A DNA stretch of 64,000 nucleotides, taken from an uncultured Actinomycetota bacterium (GTDB lineage: Bacteria; Actinomycetota; Actinomycetes; Mycobacteriales; Jatrophihabitantaceae). Within the stretch, counting starts at the first letter, position 1; the number at the start of each line of letters is the position of its first letter. This document shows positions 51,395 to 59,744 of the stretch, one piece after another. The position numbers and the translations under genes were made by a program. The notes under the pieces are model-generated. The model worked only from the letters and a program-made list of their open reading frames with translations. It was not told where the DNA came from and did no database searches. The stretch lies in the NCBI GenBank assembly GCA_963737425.1, contig CAVTSX010000008.1, positions 353,681 to 417,680 on the forward strand, in the 5' to 3' direction.

Positions 51395-51760
51395 TCACTT
51401 CCAGAGACCTACCTGGTTGCCGTCCGGGTCGGTGAAGATCGCGATCGTGCCGAAATCACCGGGCAATTCGACCGGCTCGCCGACGCGCTTGCCGCCGAGC
51501 TGCTCGGCGCGCGCGAGGTACGTCTCGAGGTCGTCGACGCGCAGGTAGATCTTGACGCCGGTCGGATCCGACGCGTCGGCCGCCGGGCCGATGCCGCCGC
51601 CGACGGCGCCCTCGCCGGCACCGGTGTCGACGATGCCGTAGCCGCCCATGTTCGGATCGGCGTTCACCGTCCAACCGAACAGCTCGGCGTAGAACTTCTG
51701 CGCCCGCTCGTGGTCGTTGCTGGTTACCTCGAACCAGGCAACTGGTGCTCCCATGGCCAT
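51395..51760 (-). CDS. VOC (glyoxalase/bleomycin resistance) family protein
   Basis: WFEVTSNDHERAQKFYAELFGW...IAIFTDPDGNQVGLW. Confidence 0.9.
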   Translation of the reverse strand: MAMGAPVAWFEVTSNDHERAQKFYAELFGWTVNADPNMGGYGIVDTGAGEGAVGGGIGPAADASDPTGVKIYLRVDDLETYLARAEQLGGKRVGEPVELPGDFGTIAIFTDPDGNQVGLWK

Positions 51761-51873
51761 GCTCCCTTCGTTGCTGTCGAGGTGCGAACGTTAGTGACCG
51801 CTAACGTAAGTGTCAACTGACGAATGAGGAGCGGTGCGGCCAAGATCCACGGGACAGGCCCTAGGCTGGAGCA

Positions 51874-53040
51874 ATGACGCGCGCGATCTCAGCCCTGCTT
51901 GCTCACGCCGCCGACGGCGGCCGGATCTCGCCGGACGAGGCGCTCCTGCTCTACACCGACGCGCCGCTGCACGGGCTCGGCGCGGCGGCCGACGCAGTGC
52001 GCCGACGCCGCTATCCCGACAACATCGCCACTTACATCATCGATCGCAATATCAACTACACGAACGTCTGCCTCACGGCGTGCAAGTTCTGCGCGTTCTA
52101 CCGGGCGCCCAACCACGCCGAGGGCTGGACGCACTCCAACGAGGAGATCCTGCGCCGTTGTGGCGAGGCGGTTGATCTCGGCGCTACACAGATCATGTTG
52201 CAGGGCGGCCACTCGCCCGAACTCGGCATCGAGTGGTACGAGCGGATCTTCGCCGCGATCAAGCGTGACTATCCGCAGTTGGTGCTCCACTCGCTCGGCG
52301 GATCCGAGGTCGTCCATATCGCCCGCACGTCTGATCTTGACTACGAGACGGTGATCGCGCGCCTGCACGCGGCGGGCCTCGACTCGTTCGCCGGGGCCGG
52401 CGCCGAGATCCTCGTGCGGCGCCCGCGCGCAGCGATCGCGCCGCTGAAGGAGCCCGGCGAAGTCTGGCTCGAGGTGATGGAGACCGCGCACCGGCTCGGC
52501 GTCGAGTCCACTGCGACGTTCATGATGGGCACCGGGGAGACGAATGCCGAGCGCATCGAGCATCTGCGCATGATTCGCGACGTACAAGATCGCACCGGCG
52601 GCTTTCGCTCGTTCATCCCCTGGACGTACCAGCCCGAGAACAATCACCTCAAGGGCCGTACCCAGGCGACGTCGCTCGAGTACCTGCGCATGATCGCCAC
52701 CGCCCGGCTGTTCTTCGACAACATCAACCATCTGCAGGGGTCCTGGCTGACCACGGGCAAGGACATCGGCCAGCTGACGCTGCACTTCGGCGCCGACGAT
52801 CTGGGCTCGGTGATGCTCGAGGAGAACGTCGTCTCGTCCGCGGGCGCGCGACACCGCTCGAACCGCACCGAGTTGATCGAGCTGATCCGCGGCGCCGGGC
52901 GCATACCCGCGCAACGCGACACGTTGTATCGCCACATCGCCGTGCACGAGGACCCGTCACAAGATCCGGTTGATGCCCGGGTGCACTCGCACTTCTCCTC
53001 GACGGCGTTGCGCGAACTGCCGGTCGTCGCCGCGAGCTAG
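51874..53040 (+). CDS. mqnC: Radical SAM cyclic dehypoxanthinyl futalosine synthase (MqnC type)
   Basis: YIIDRNINYTNVCLTACKFCAFYR radical-SAM motif in the MqnC-like context. CofH/MqnC-type C-terminal half. Confidence 0.8.
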   Translation: MTRAISALLAHAADGGRISPDEALLLYTDAPLHGLGAAADAVRRRRYPDNIATYIIDRNINYTNVCLTACKFCAFYRAPNHAEGWTHSNEEILRRCGEAVDLGATQIMLQGGHSPELGIEWYERIFAAIKRDYPQLVLHSLGGSEVVHIARTSDLDYETVIARLHAAGLDSFAGAGAEILVRRPRAAIAPLKEPGEVWLEVMETAHRLGVESTATFMMGTGETNAERIEHLRMIRDVQDRTGGFRSFIPWTYQPENNHLKGRTQATSLEYLRMIATARLFFDNINHLQGSWLTTGKDIGQLTLHFGADDLGSVMLEENVVSSAGARHRSNRTELIELIRGAGRIPAQRDTLYRHIAVHEDPSQDPVDARVHSHFSSTALRELPVVAAS

Positions 53041-53280
53041 CCCCGGCACGTCTCGGCTGTGCGCCGGCCATGACCTCACTGTATGAGAACGGCCGTCCGC
53101 GTACGTTCGGCCGGCAAGCGGGACATTCCCGCCTACTGCCAACCAGGTGTTGGCACGGCCGTATGTCCGTTCGGGTGACCGCCGGCGGACGGTGACGCTC
53201 CGGGTCGGGGATTTCCCCGGCTGCGGAACGGCTTTCGGGGGCCCGGTCGGTTCCGACTACCCAAGAGGAGTGTCGAAACC

Positions 53281-53976
53281 GTGAACCCCAAGGATGTTGT
53301 ACGCATTGCCGTTGTCACCGGAGTCGCGGCGATGTGCGTGGGACTGGGCGCGCCTCCGGCGCTCGCTCACCCGCCCGGATCCGGCGCGTCCGAAGCGGCA
53401 ACATCGCAGCAGCACAAGGCGTCCGTAGCGGACGTGCAGGCGTCGGTCGACCGTTTCATCAGCAACCGATCGGCGTGGCTTGCCGACCTCAGCGCAAAGG
53501 TCGCGGCCGACCCGAAGATCAGCGCCGCGGCGAAAGACAAGATCACATCAGCCATTCAGCAGGAGCAGGCGGCGTTGACCGCGCTGAAGGCCAAGGTCGA
53601 CAGCGCCACCACGCTGGGTGAAGTCTGGTCCGACGTTCATGCCGCGTTGAGCGCAATGCCGCACTTCTGGTGGCACTGGTGGTGGTTCCGTCCGGCTCTG
53701 CACAGGTCGGAGCACCCCGCGGCCGCGAGGGCTGGCCGGCATGCCGATCCAGCGAAGTCACGGTCGCATCGTGATCCCTCGACGGTGGCGCGGCCCGTCT
53801 CGGCCGCTCGCACGATGCCGGGCGCTTCGGTCAACCGCAACCTGCAACCCAGATTCCGGCTGACGTTCGCGCGATTCGGACGCCATGGTGCGGATCCCCG
53901 CTTCGGTTCGTTCTCGTCCGGACGCCACCATCACGGTGGTGCGGGCGGGTTCGGGCACCATCGCCGACACCGCTGA
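53281..53976 (+). CDS. Secreted hypothetical protein with helical N-domain and Trp/His/Arg-rich tail
   Basis: AAGAGGAG SD and GTG start. Signal peptide VAAMCVGLGAPPALA. Tail ...MPHFWWHWWWFRPALHRSEH...GRHHHGGAGGFGHHRRHR. Confidence 0.5.
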   Translation: MNPKDVVRIAVVTGVAAMCVGLGAPPALAHPPGSGASEAATSQQHKASVADVQASVDRFISNRSAWLADLSAKVAADPKISAAAKDKITSAIQQEQAALTALKAKVDSATTLGEVWSDVHAALSAMPHFWWHWWWFRPALHRSEHPAAARAGRHADPAKSRSHRDPSTVARPVSAARTMPGASVNRNLQPRFRLTFARFGRHGADPRFGSFSSGRHHHGGAGGFGHHRRHR

Positions 53977-54041
53977 GGGTGCGTCGTAGCTGATCTTGGC
54001 TGGCTGACGCTGATCGCGGCCAAGACCTCTACGGTCGTCGT

Positions 54042-54953
54042 ATGTCCCTGCTCGTCGCCGTGCCCTGCGGGATCGCTGCCGCGATCGCGTACGGCGCGGC
54101 GACAGCGGTGCAGCATTCGGCCGCGCATACCGGGACGGGCTCGGCCGACGCGGTCGGCTTGCTGCGGCTACTGCGCGATCCGCGGTGGCTGCTCTCCATC
54201 GGCGGCGACGCGATCGGCCTTGTGCTGCAGGTGATTGCGCTCTCTACCGGGCCGGTGGTCGTGATCCAACCGCTGCTCGTCATCGCCTTGCCGGTGTCGC
54301 TGATCGCGGGCTGGGCGCTCGGCGGGCCGCGGCCGCAGCGCGGCGATTACGTTGCCTGCCTGGGGATTCTCGGCGGCCTAGCTGCTTTCTTCGCCCTGAT
54401 CGACGACCCGGGCACGGGCTCGCCGCTGGAAACGCGTCCGGCCGTCATCGCGATTGTCCTGGCGTTGACCGTGGGGGTCACGCTGTGCCTCTCGGTTCGG
54501 GGACGCGGAGCCGCGGTGCGTGCGGGCGTCTACGGCGGAGTCGCCGGCGCATGGTTCGGCTTGGTCGGCGTGTTGCTGAACGCCACCGCGACGATCTGGC
54601 GCGACAGCGGCCTGTCCGGGTTCACGCAGGCGGAGGGCCTCGTGCCATTGGTCGGCCTGCTCGTCATCGGGGCGATGGGCATCACGCTCACCCAGATCTC
54701 GTTCCAGATCGGCGCGCTCGGGGCGAGCTTTCCCGCGAACAAGGCGGCCGATCCGGTCGTGGCCGTCGTGCTTGGCAGCGTCCTGCTCCACGAGCGGGTG
54801 CCGGTCAGCGTGCTGCTCGTCGCCGGGTACCTCGCGTGCCTGGCTGCCATCGTCGCGGGAACGATCCGGCTCGCGAATCCACCCGCCGCCGCACACCGCG
54901 GCCCCGGCCGCCCCGGCGACTTGTCATACCTAGGACGTGCGGGCGAGCGCTGA
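54042..54953 (+). CDS. Polytopic membrane protein, DMT-superfamily-like
   Basis: About ten hydrophobic segments with two-fold internal organisation. No catalytic motif. Confidence 0.65.
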   Translation: MSLLVAVPCGIAAAIAYGAATAVQHSAAHTGTGSADAVGLLRLLRDPRWLLSIGGDAIGLVLQVIALSTGPVVVIQPLLVIALPVSLIAGWALGGPRPQRGDYVACLGILGGLAAFFALIDDPGTGSPLETRPAVIAIVLALTVGVTLCLSVRGRGAAVRAGVYGGVAGAWFGLVGVLLNATATIWRDSGLSGFTQAEGLVPLVGLLVIGAMGITLTQISFQIGALGASFPANKAADPVVAVVLGSVLLHERVPVSVLLVAGYLACLAAIVAGTIRLANPPAAAHRGPGRPGDLSYLGRAGER

Positions 54954-55075
54954 AGGTAGGACGACTCGCGAGGGGATGAATGCCCGGTGACACCTGGTTG
55001 TGTCCTGTTGCTGTCACGCCAGGATGAGGGGTGCAGGGTTATCGCATCGCTTGCTCAGGGCACAATGTCGCGACG

Positions 55076-55822
55076 ATGAGCCGCGCAGCTTTGGACAAGC
55101 AGCCCCGTGCCGTCGCAGCGATGTTCGATGGGGTCGCGCGGCGCTACGACCTCACGAATACCCTCATGTCGCTCGGGCAGGACCACCGGTGGCGGCGCCG
55201 CACCCGGCAGTCACTCGAACTGGTCCCGGGCGAGGTGGTCCTGGACCTCGCCGCCGGCACCGGCGTGTCGACCGTCGAACTGGCGACGTCCGGCGCGTTC
55301 GCCGTCGGCTGCGACTTCTCACTCGGCATGTTGCAGGCCGGCCGGGCGAAGCGCGATCGCCAGCACGTACCCCTCGTCGCGGGCGACGCGCTGCACCTGC
55401 CGTTCGCGGACGCGTCGTTCGACGCTGTGACGATCTCGTTCGGGCTGCGCAACGTCGCCGACGTCGACCGGGCATTGCGCGAGATGGCGCGTGTCGTGCG
55501 CCCGGGCGGGCGCCTGGTGGTCTGCGAATTCAGTCGGCCGACGTTCGCGCCGTTCCGCAAGATCTATTTGAACTACCTGATGCGCGCCATGCCGGCGATC
55601 GCCCGCCGGGTCTCGTCGAATCCGGACGCGTACATCTATCTCGCCGAATCGATCCGCCACTGGTCACCACAGCTCGAGCTGGCGCGCCGGCTCGCTTCGG
55701 CGGGTTGGGTCGACGTCCATTGGCGCAACCTCAGCGGCGGCATCGTGGCGATGCATCGCGCGAAGCGGGGGGAAGCCGAAGCGGACGGGCTGCGCGGTGA
55801 GGTGCAGAGCGCGGCAAGCTAG
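55076..55822 (+). CDS. menG: Demethylmenaquinone methyltransferase (MenG/UbiE)
   Basis: Start [27 protein letters not shown] motif [28 protein letters not shown]. Confidence 0.9.
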   Translation: MSRAALDKQPRAVAAMFDGVARRYDLTNTLMSLGQDHRWRRRTRQSLELVPGEVVLDLAAGTGVSTVELATSGAFAVGCDFSLGMLQAGRAKRDRQHVPLVAGDALHLPFADASFDAVTISFGLRNVADVDRALREMARVVRPGGRLVVCEFSRPTFAPFRKIYLNYLMRAMPAIARRVSSNPDAYIYLAESIRHWSPQLELARRLASAGWVDVHWRNLSGGIVAMHRAKRGEAEADGLRGEVQSAAS

Positions 55823-56358
55823 CAGCGAAACGATCCGGATACCTGGATGCTGCCGTCGGCGCCGTTGAACTTGCCGCCCTTCAGATCGTTGTCGAGGGTG
55901 CCCGACAGGGTTACGGCGTGCGGGCTGCCGACCGCGTCGAGCGTCGCCGAGGCGTCGCTGAACGGCCCGGCCGAGGGCTTGAGGACCAGGCCGAAGTAGT
56001 CCGGCGGCGTGCCGGCGAAGTCCGGGCCCACGAGTACGCCGACGTTGATCGACATGAATGTGAGGCTCTCGACGCAGGAACCGCCGTCGAGAGTGAACGA
56101 CGTGCCGCCTACCGTGCCGCTGGCCTTCGCTGATCCGCCGCAGAAGACATTGATGACGCCGGCCTTGCCTTTGGTGTAGCCGTTGCAGGTGGTCGGTGCA
56201 GCTGCTGTAGCCGAGCTTGACGGCGCCGACGTGTGCTTCGATTTCGAATCGGAACCGCCACACGCTGCGAGGGCGGTGATCATTAAGCAGCAGGCGACGA
56301 TGACTGCTCTCCGATGGGCCACCTTGCCATGGTGGTTGACGACCCCAGAAGATACCAA
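55819..56358 (-). CDS. Putative lipoprotein
   Basis: Signal/lipobox [13 protein letters not shown], mature part Ser/Gly/Thr-rich with Cys pairs. The stop shares the palindromic CTAG (55819-55822) with the menG stop. Confidence 0.6.
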   Translation of the reverse strand: MVSSGVVNHHGKVAHRRAVIVACCLMITALAACGGSDSKSKHTSAPSSSATAAAPTTCNGYTKGKAGVINVFCGGSAKASGTVGGTSFTLDGGSCVESLTFMSINVGVLVGPDFAGTPPDYFGLVLKPSAGPFSDASATLDAVGSPHAVTLSGTLDNDLKGGKFNGADGSIQVSGSFRC

Positions 56359-56507
56359 ATCGGTCCAGACAATCCGGGTGTTTCAGCCCCCATTCAGGGT
56401 CGCGCCGTCGCAGCCGTGGGAGGTCTGGTCGCGGCGGGACAGGCTCGCTAGCGTGTGCTTCCGGCGGGCTGTCCGCCGGAACAATCGCCTCGATCAAGGA
56501 GACGGAC

Positions 56508-56759
56508 ATGAGCCTGGATACAGACGCAAACGACGCTGACGGTGGCGCCGATGGTGCGGCCGACGCAGGCGGCGACGGCGGAGCGGGTTTCGGCGACGGC
56601 GGTGCTGACGGCGGTGCGGGCGGCGACGGCGGTGCTGACGGCGGTGCGGGCGGCGACGGCGGTGCAGACGGTGGCGCCGATGGTGGTGCCGATGGCGGCG
56701 CGGCCGACGCGGGCGGCGACGGTGGAGCCGATGGTGGAGCCGATGGCGGCGCTCAGTAA
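56508..56759 (+). CDS. Candidate 83-aa acidic Gly/Ala/Asp repeat micro-protein, (GGAD)n
   Basis: AAGGAG SD 6 nt upstream of the ATG. Product: MSLDTDANDADGGADGAADAGGDGGAGFGDGGADGGAGGDGGADGGAGG.... Codon statistics are ambiguous: the antisense frame 56448..56762 has almost all-C third positions and the +1 frame almost all-G. Confidence 0.35.
   Translation: MSLDTDANDADGGADGAADAGGDGGAGFGDGGADGGAGGDGGADGGAGGDGGADGGADGGADGGAADAGGDGGADGGADGGAQ
56591..56665. repeat. 30-bp tandem repeat (2 perfect units plus a half unit) within a wider GGC/GAC/GCC triplet-repeat tract (56530-56755)
   Basis: CGGCGACGGCGGTGCTGACGGCGGTGCGGG at 56591-56620 and 56621-56650. The first 15 nt occur again at 56651-56665. Confidence 0.9.
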
Positions 56760-56927
56760 CAACTAATCGCGCATCACCTACTGACAGCAGCCCGATCAGC
56801 GACTACCGTCTCGGGAGCGGCGGGGAAGCCTCGGATAGCTAAGCGGGTCATCCGTTCTGCGCGATTCGCCGCTCAAGGTGGCATACGGCGGGGCCACGAC
56901 ACAGGACTGAGTGTCTTCGCCACGACA

Positions 56928-56951
56928 GGGCCCGGCAGTGTTGCCGGGCCC
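56928..56951 (+). terminator. Perfect 10-bp GC hairpin (possible terminator about 170 nt after the micro-ORF)
   Basis: GGGCCCGGCA-gtgt-TGCCGGGCCC, followed within 9-25 nt by TGTTTC and GTTTTC. Confidence 0.35.
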
Positions 56952-57013
56952 GTCCACCTGTTTCGGCCCGTTTTCGAATGTTGCAGCCAGCCGAATGAGC
57001 CTGGAGTGTCGCA

Positions 57014-58246
57014 ATGGACCACGACCAGGCGACCCACCCCACCGGCGACCCGCTGGCCCGGCTCATCGCCCTCACGCCGCAGCAGTTCGCCGAGGAATGT
57101 TGGGGCCGCCGTCCACTGCTGACTCGCCGCGACGAGCTGCAAACCGGATTCGACGACCTCCTCGACGAGGCCGCGGTCGATGAGCTGATCTCGCGTCGGG
57201 GGTTGCGCACCCCGTTCCTGCGCATGGCGAAGGACGGCGACCTGGTCTCGCCGAAGCGATACACGCGCGGCGGTGGGGCCGGCGCCGGTGCGGCTGATCA
57301 GGCAGCTGACGACCGGGTGCTCGACCAGATCGGCGCCGGCGCGACGCTCGTCCTGCAGGGTCTGCATCGCACCTGGCCGCCGCTCGTCATGTTCGCCTCG
57401 GCGCTTGCCGCCGAGATCGGGCATCCCGTCCAGGTGAACGCATACGTCACCCCGCCGCAGAACCAGGGCTTTGCCGCGCACTACGACGTCCACGACGTCT
57501 TCGTGCTGCAGATCGCCGGGCGCAAGACGTGGCGAATCCACGAGCCGGTGCTTGCCGACCCGCTCGGCGACCAGCCGTGGGAGCGACGGCGCGACGAGGT
57601 CGCTGCCCGCGCGAAAGAGACGCCCCTGATCGACACGGTTCTCGAACCGGGCGATGCGCTGTACCTGCCCCGGGGCTACCTGCACTCGGCGGCTGCGCTG
57701 GGCGTGCTGTCGATCCACCTGACCGTCGGTGTCCACGCCCTCTCGCGCTACCAACTCATCCGGCATGTGCTGACCAAAGCCCAGGACGACCCGGCGCTTC
57801 GCCGGTCGTTGCCGATGGGCGTCGACCTCAGCGACCCAGCCGTCCTCGCGCCGCAGTTGCGCGAGACGCTCGACGCGCTACGCCACCACCTCGACGCCGT
57901 CGGGCCCGAGGCAGTGGCCGAGCTCGTCGGCACCGACCTGATGCGCCAGACGCGTCCGGCCCCGATCGCGCCGCTTGCCCAGCTGGCCGCCGCCGACTCG
58001 ATCGACATCGCTACGCGGCTGCGGATGCGTCCGGGTCTGCGTGTCCGGGTGCGTGCCGACGAGGCGACGGTGCGGCTGGAACTGCTCGACAAGACCGTCG
58101 AGCTTCCGGCAGCCGCCGAGCACGCGGCGAAGGCAATTCTGAGCGGCTGGGCGTTCATCCCGGGCGAGCTGGCGGGGCTTGCTGCTGACGAGCAGTTGGC
58201 GGTTGCCCGTCAGCTACTTCGCGAAGGCATCGTCATCCCTGCCTGA
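57014..58246 (+). CDS. Cupin_4 / JmjC-like Fe(II)-2OG oxygenase family protein
   Basis: GATLVLQGLHRTWPPL, VNAYVTPPQNQGFAAHYDVHDVFVLQIAGRKTWRIHEP, GDALYLPRGYLHSA (HxD...H facial triad context). Confidence 0.8.
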   Translation: MDHDQATHPTGDPLARLIALTPQQFAEECWGRRPLLTRRDELQTGFDDLLDEAAVDELISRRGLRTPFLRMAKDGDLVSPKRYTRGGGAGAGAADQAADDRVLDQIGAGATLVLQGLHRTWPPLVMFASALAAEIGHPVQVNAYVTPPQNQGFAAHYDVHDVFVLQIAGRKTWRIHEPVLADPLGDQPWERRRDEVAARAKETPLIDTVLEPGDALYLPRGYLHSAAALGVLSIHLTVGVHALSRYQLIRHVLTKAQDDPALRRSLPMGVDLSDPAVLAPQLRETLDALRHHLDAVGPEAVAELVGTDLMRQTRPAPIAPLAQLAAADSIDIATRLRMRPGLRVRVRADEATVRLELLDKTVELPAAAEHAAKAILSGWAFIPGELAGLAADEQLAVARQLLREGIVIPA

Positions 58247-58314
58247 CCCGGACGACGCCGTCTTTGGCAGTCTGGTGAGACGACTGGTTCGCGCAATTCG
58301 AGGGGGATCCGCTG

Positions 58315-59226
58315 GTGCCAGAGCAACGCCATCACCCTCATCCGCGCGAGACGCTCGACCGGTGCGCGTTGCGCGCGCAGCTTCGTGGCGACCAGATGCT
58401 CGGTACCGCCTTTCCGGCCAGCTGCCTGCTGCTCGTCGAGCAGCCTGGCCCGTGGGGACGCGCTGGGCTGCGCGGCTCGCGCTTCGATCACGCGACGGCC
58501 AGCGCCCTCGAGACGCGAGCCACCGCGGCCGGACTGCGCGTGCTCGCAATCCGGCGCCCGGGGCGTACGCCAAGAGGCGCGCTGCGCAAGTGGGCAGTTG
58601 CCGATTGCCGTCCAGGCCACGAGTCGCTTCGCTGGGGCACCTACGAGCGCGACGCCGACCTGCTCACGTTGCCGCTCGACGGGTCGTCCGGCACTCCGGA
58701 CGACGCGCCGATCTATCTCGTCTGCGCGCACAGCAAACATGACACCTGCTGCGCGCTGCGCGGACGCCCGGTGGCGGCGGCGCTGGCACACGCCCGTCCG
58801 GGCCGGGTCTGGGAATGCAGTCACGTCGGCGGTGAGCGCTTCGCGGCCAATGTGCTGGTACTTCCCGGCGGCCTGCTGTACGGGCGGGTGCTGCCGTTCG
58901 CCGCGGTGGAGTTCGTCGAGGCAACCGAGCAGGGCGAGGTGATCGGCGCGCTGCTGCGCGGACGCGTCGGCCTCAAGCCGGCGGCGCAGGCAGCGTTGGC
59001 GTTCGCCCACGAACACCTCGCGATCCGCCGCGCCGATGCGTTACGCGTCGTGTCGGTGCGCGCCGCCGGCGAGGGTGAATCGGTCGTGCGCGTTCGCGGC
59101 CCGCACGGCCTCATCGACGTGGTGGTGCGGATCGAGCGAGTTCGGGCCGACGGTCTGACCTGCGCCCGACCGGGCCCGAGCGCGTACATCGCATTCCGCC
59201 CGCTCGGGGCGACCGTTGTCGAGTAG
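58315..59226 (+). CDS. Sucrase/ferredoxin-like (thioredoxin-like 2Fe-2S) family protein
   Basis: LLLVEQPGPWG, VCAHSKHDTCCALRGRP, WECSHVGGERFAANVLVLPGGLLYGRV. Exact start uncertain. Confidence 0.8.
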   Translation: MPEQRHHPHPRETLDRCALRAQLRGDQMLGTAFPASCLLLVEQPGPWGRAGLRGSRFDHATASALETRATAAGLRVLAIRRPGRTPRGALRKWAVADCRPGHESLRWGTYERDADLLTLPLDGSSGTPDDAPIYLVCAHSKHDTCCALRGRPVAAALAHARPGRVWECSHVGGERFAANVLVLPGGLLYGRVLPFAAVEFVEATEQGEVIGALLRGRVGLKPAAQAALAFAHEHLAIRRADALRVVSVRAAGEGESVVRVRGPHGLIDVVVRIERVRADGLTCARPGPSAYIAFRPLGATVVE

Positions 59227-59730
59227 TCAGTGGGGCAGGGCGTCCGGGTTCTGCTTGAGGCGCAGGCGCGATGCCTCGATCTCCAGCTCTGCGTCGGTGC
59301 GCCCGACCCAGCGCGCCCCTTCGACGCTCTTGCCCGGCTCGAGTTCTTTGTAGACCTCGAAGAAGTGCTGGATCTCCAACCGGTCGAACTCGGGCAGATG
59401 GTGGATGTCGCGCAGATGCTCGAGCCGCGGGTCGCGGGCCGGCACGCACAGCACCTTGTCGTCGCCGCCCTTCTCGTCGGTCATCCGGAACATGCCGATC
59501 GCGCGACAGCGAACCAGCACGCCGGGGAACAGCGGATCGCCCTGCAGGATCACCAGTGCGTCGAGCGGGTCGCCGTCTGAGCCCAGCGTGTTCTCGATGA
59601 AGCCGTAGTCGGCCGGGTACTGGGTCGAGGTGAACAGGGTGCGGTCGAGCCGGATGCGGCCCGAGGCGTGATCGACCTCGTACTTGTTGCGGCTGCCTCG
59701 TGGGATCTCGATGAGGACGTCAAACTCCAT
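59227..59730 (-). CDS. ppa: Inorganic pyrophosphatase
   Basis: Start [41 protein letters not shown]. The track N-terminal extension is rejected. Confidence 0.95.
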   Translation of the reverse strand: MEFDVLIEIPRGSRNKYEVDHASGRIRLDRTLFTSTQYPADYGFIENTLGSDGDPLDALVILQGDPLFPGVLVRCRAIGMFRMTDEKGGDDKVLCVPARDPRLEHLRDIHHLPEFDRLEIQHFFEVYKELEPGKSVEGARWVGRTDAELEIEASRLRLKQNPDALPH

Positions 59731-59744
59731 CCGCCCAGTCTCCC

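Noticed and set aside
55819-55822. The convergent menG and lipoprotein genes share the palindrome CTAG as both stop codons (4-nt overlap).
   Set aside because: This is a real but trivial curiosity. It needs no functional explanation beyond compact convergent genes.
56542-56766. Alternative frames of the triplet-repeat tract: + frame 56542..56766 (Ala/Thr/Val-rich) and antisense 56448..56762.
   Set aside because: Neither has a credible SD or start (GTG or TTG without an upstream purine tract). Their extreme third-position bias is a by-product of the G-N-N repeat. They are kept as a caveat in the finding rather than as features.
56762-57014. Possible small RNA or riboswitch in the 250-bp gap before the cupin gene. 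Also considered for the gaps at 53040-53281 and 7305-7631.
   Set aside because: I could find only generic GC hairpins. Nothing matched a riboswitch or sRNA consensus I can recognise by eye, such as 6C, ydaO, SAM, cobalamin or TPP.
58576-58600. CGCAAGTGGGCAGTTGC inside the sucrase/ferredoxin-like gene matches the family 1 centre (CGCAGGTGGGCAGTTGC) at 16 of 17 positions and encodes RKWAVA.
   Set aside because: Only one core is present, with no inverted partner. It could be a relic or chance in GC-rich coding DNA. The evidence is insufficient to call it a copy.
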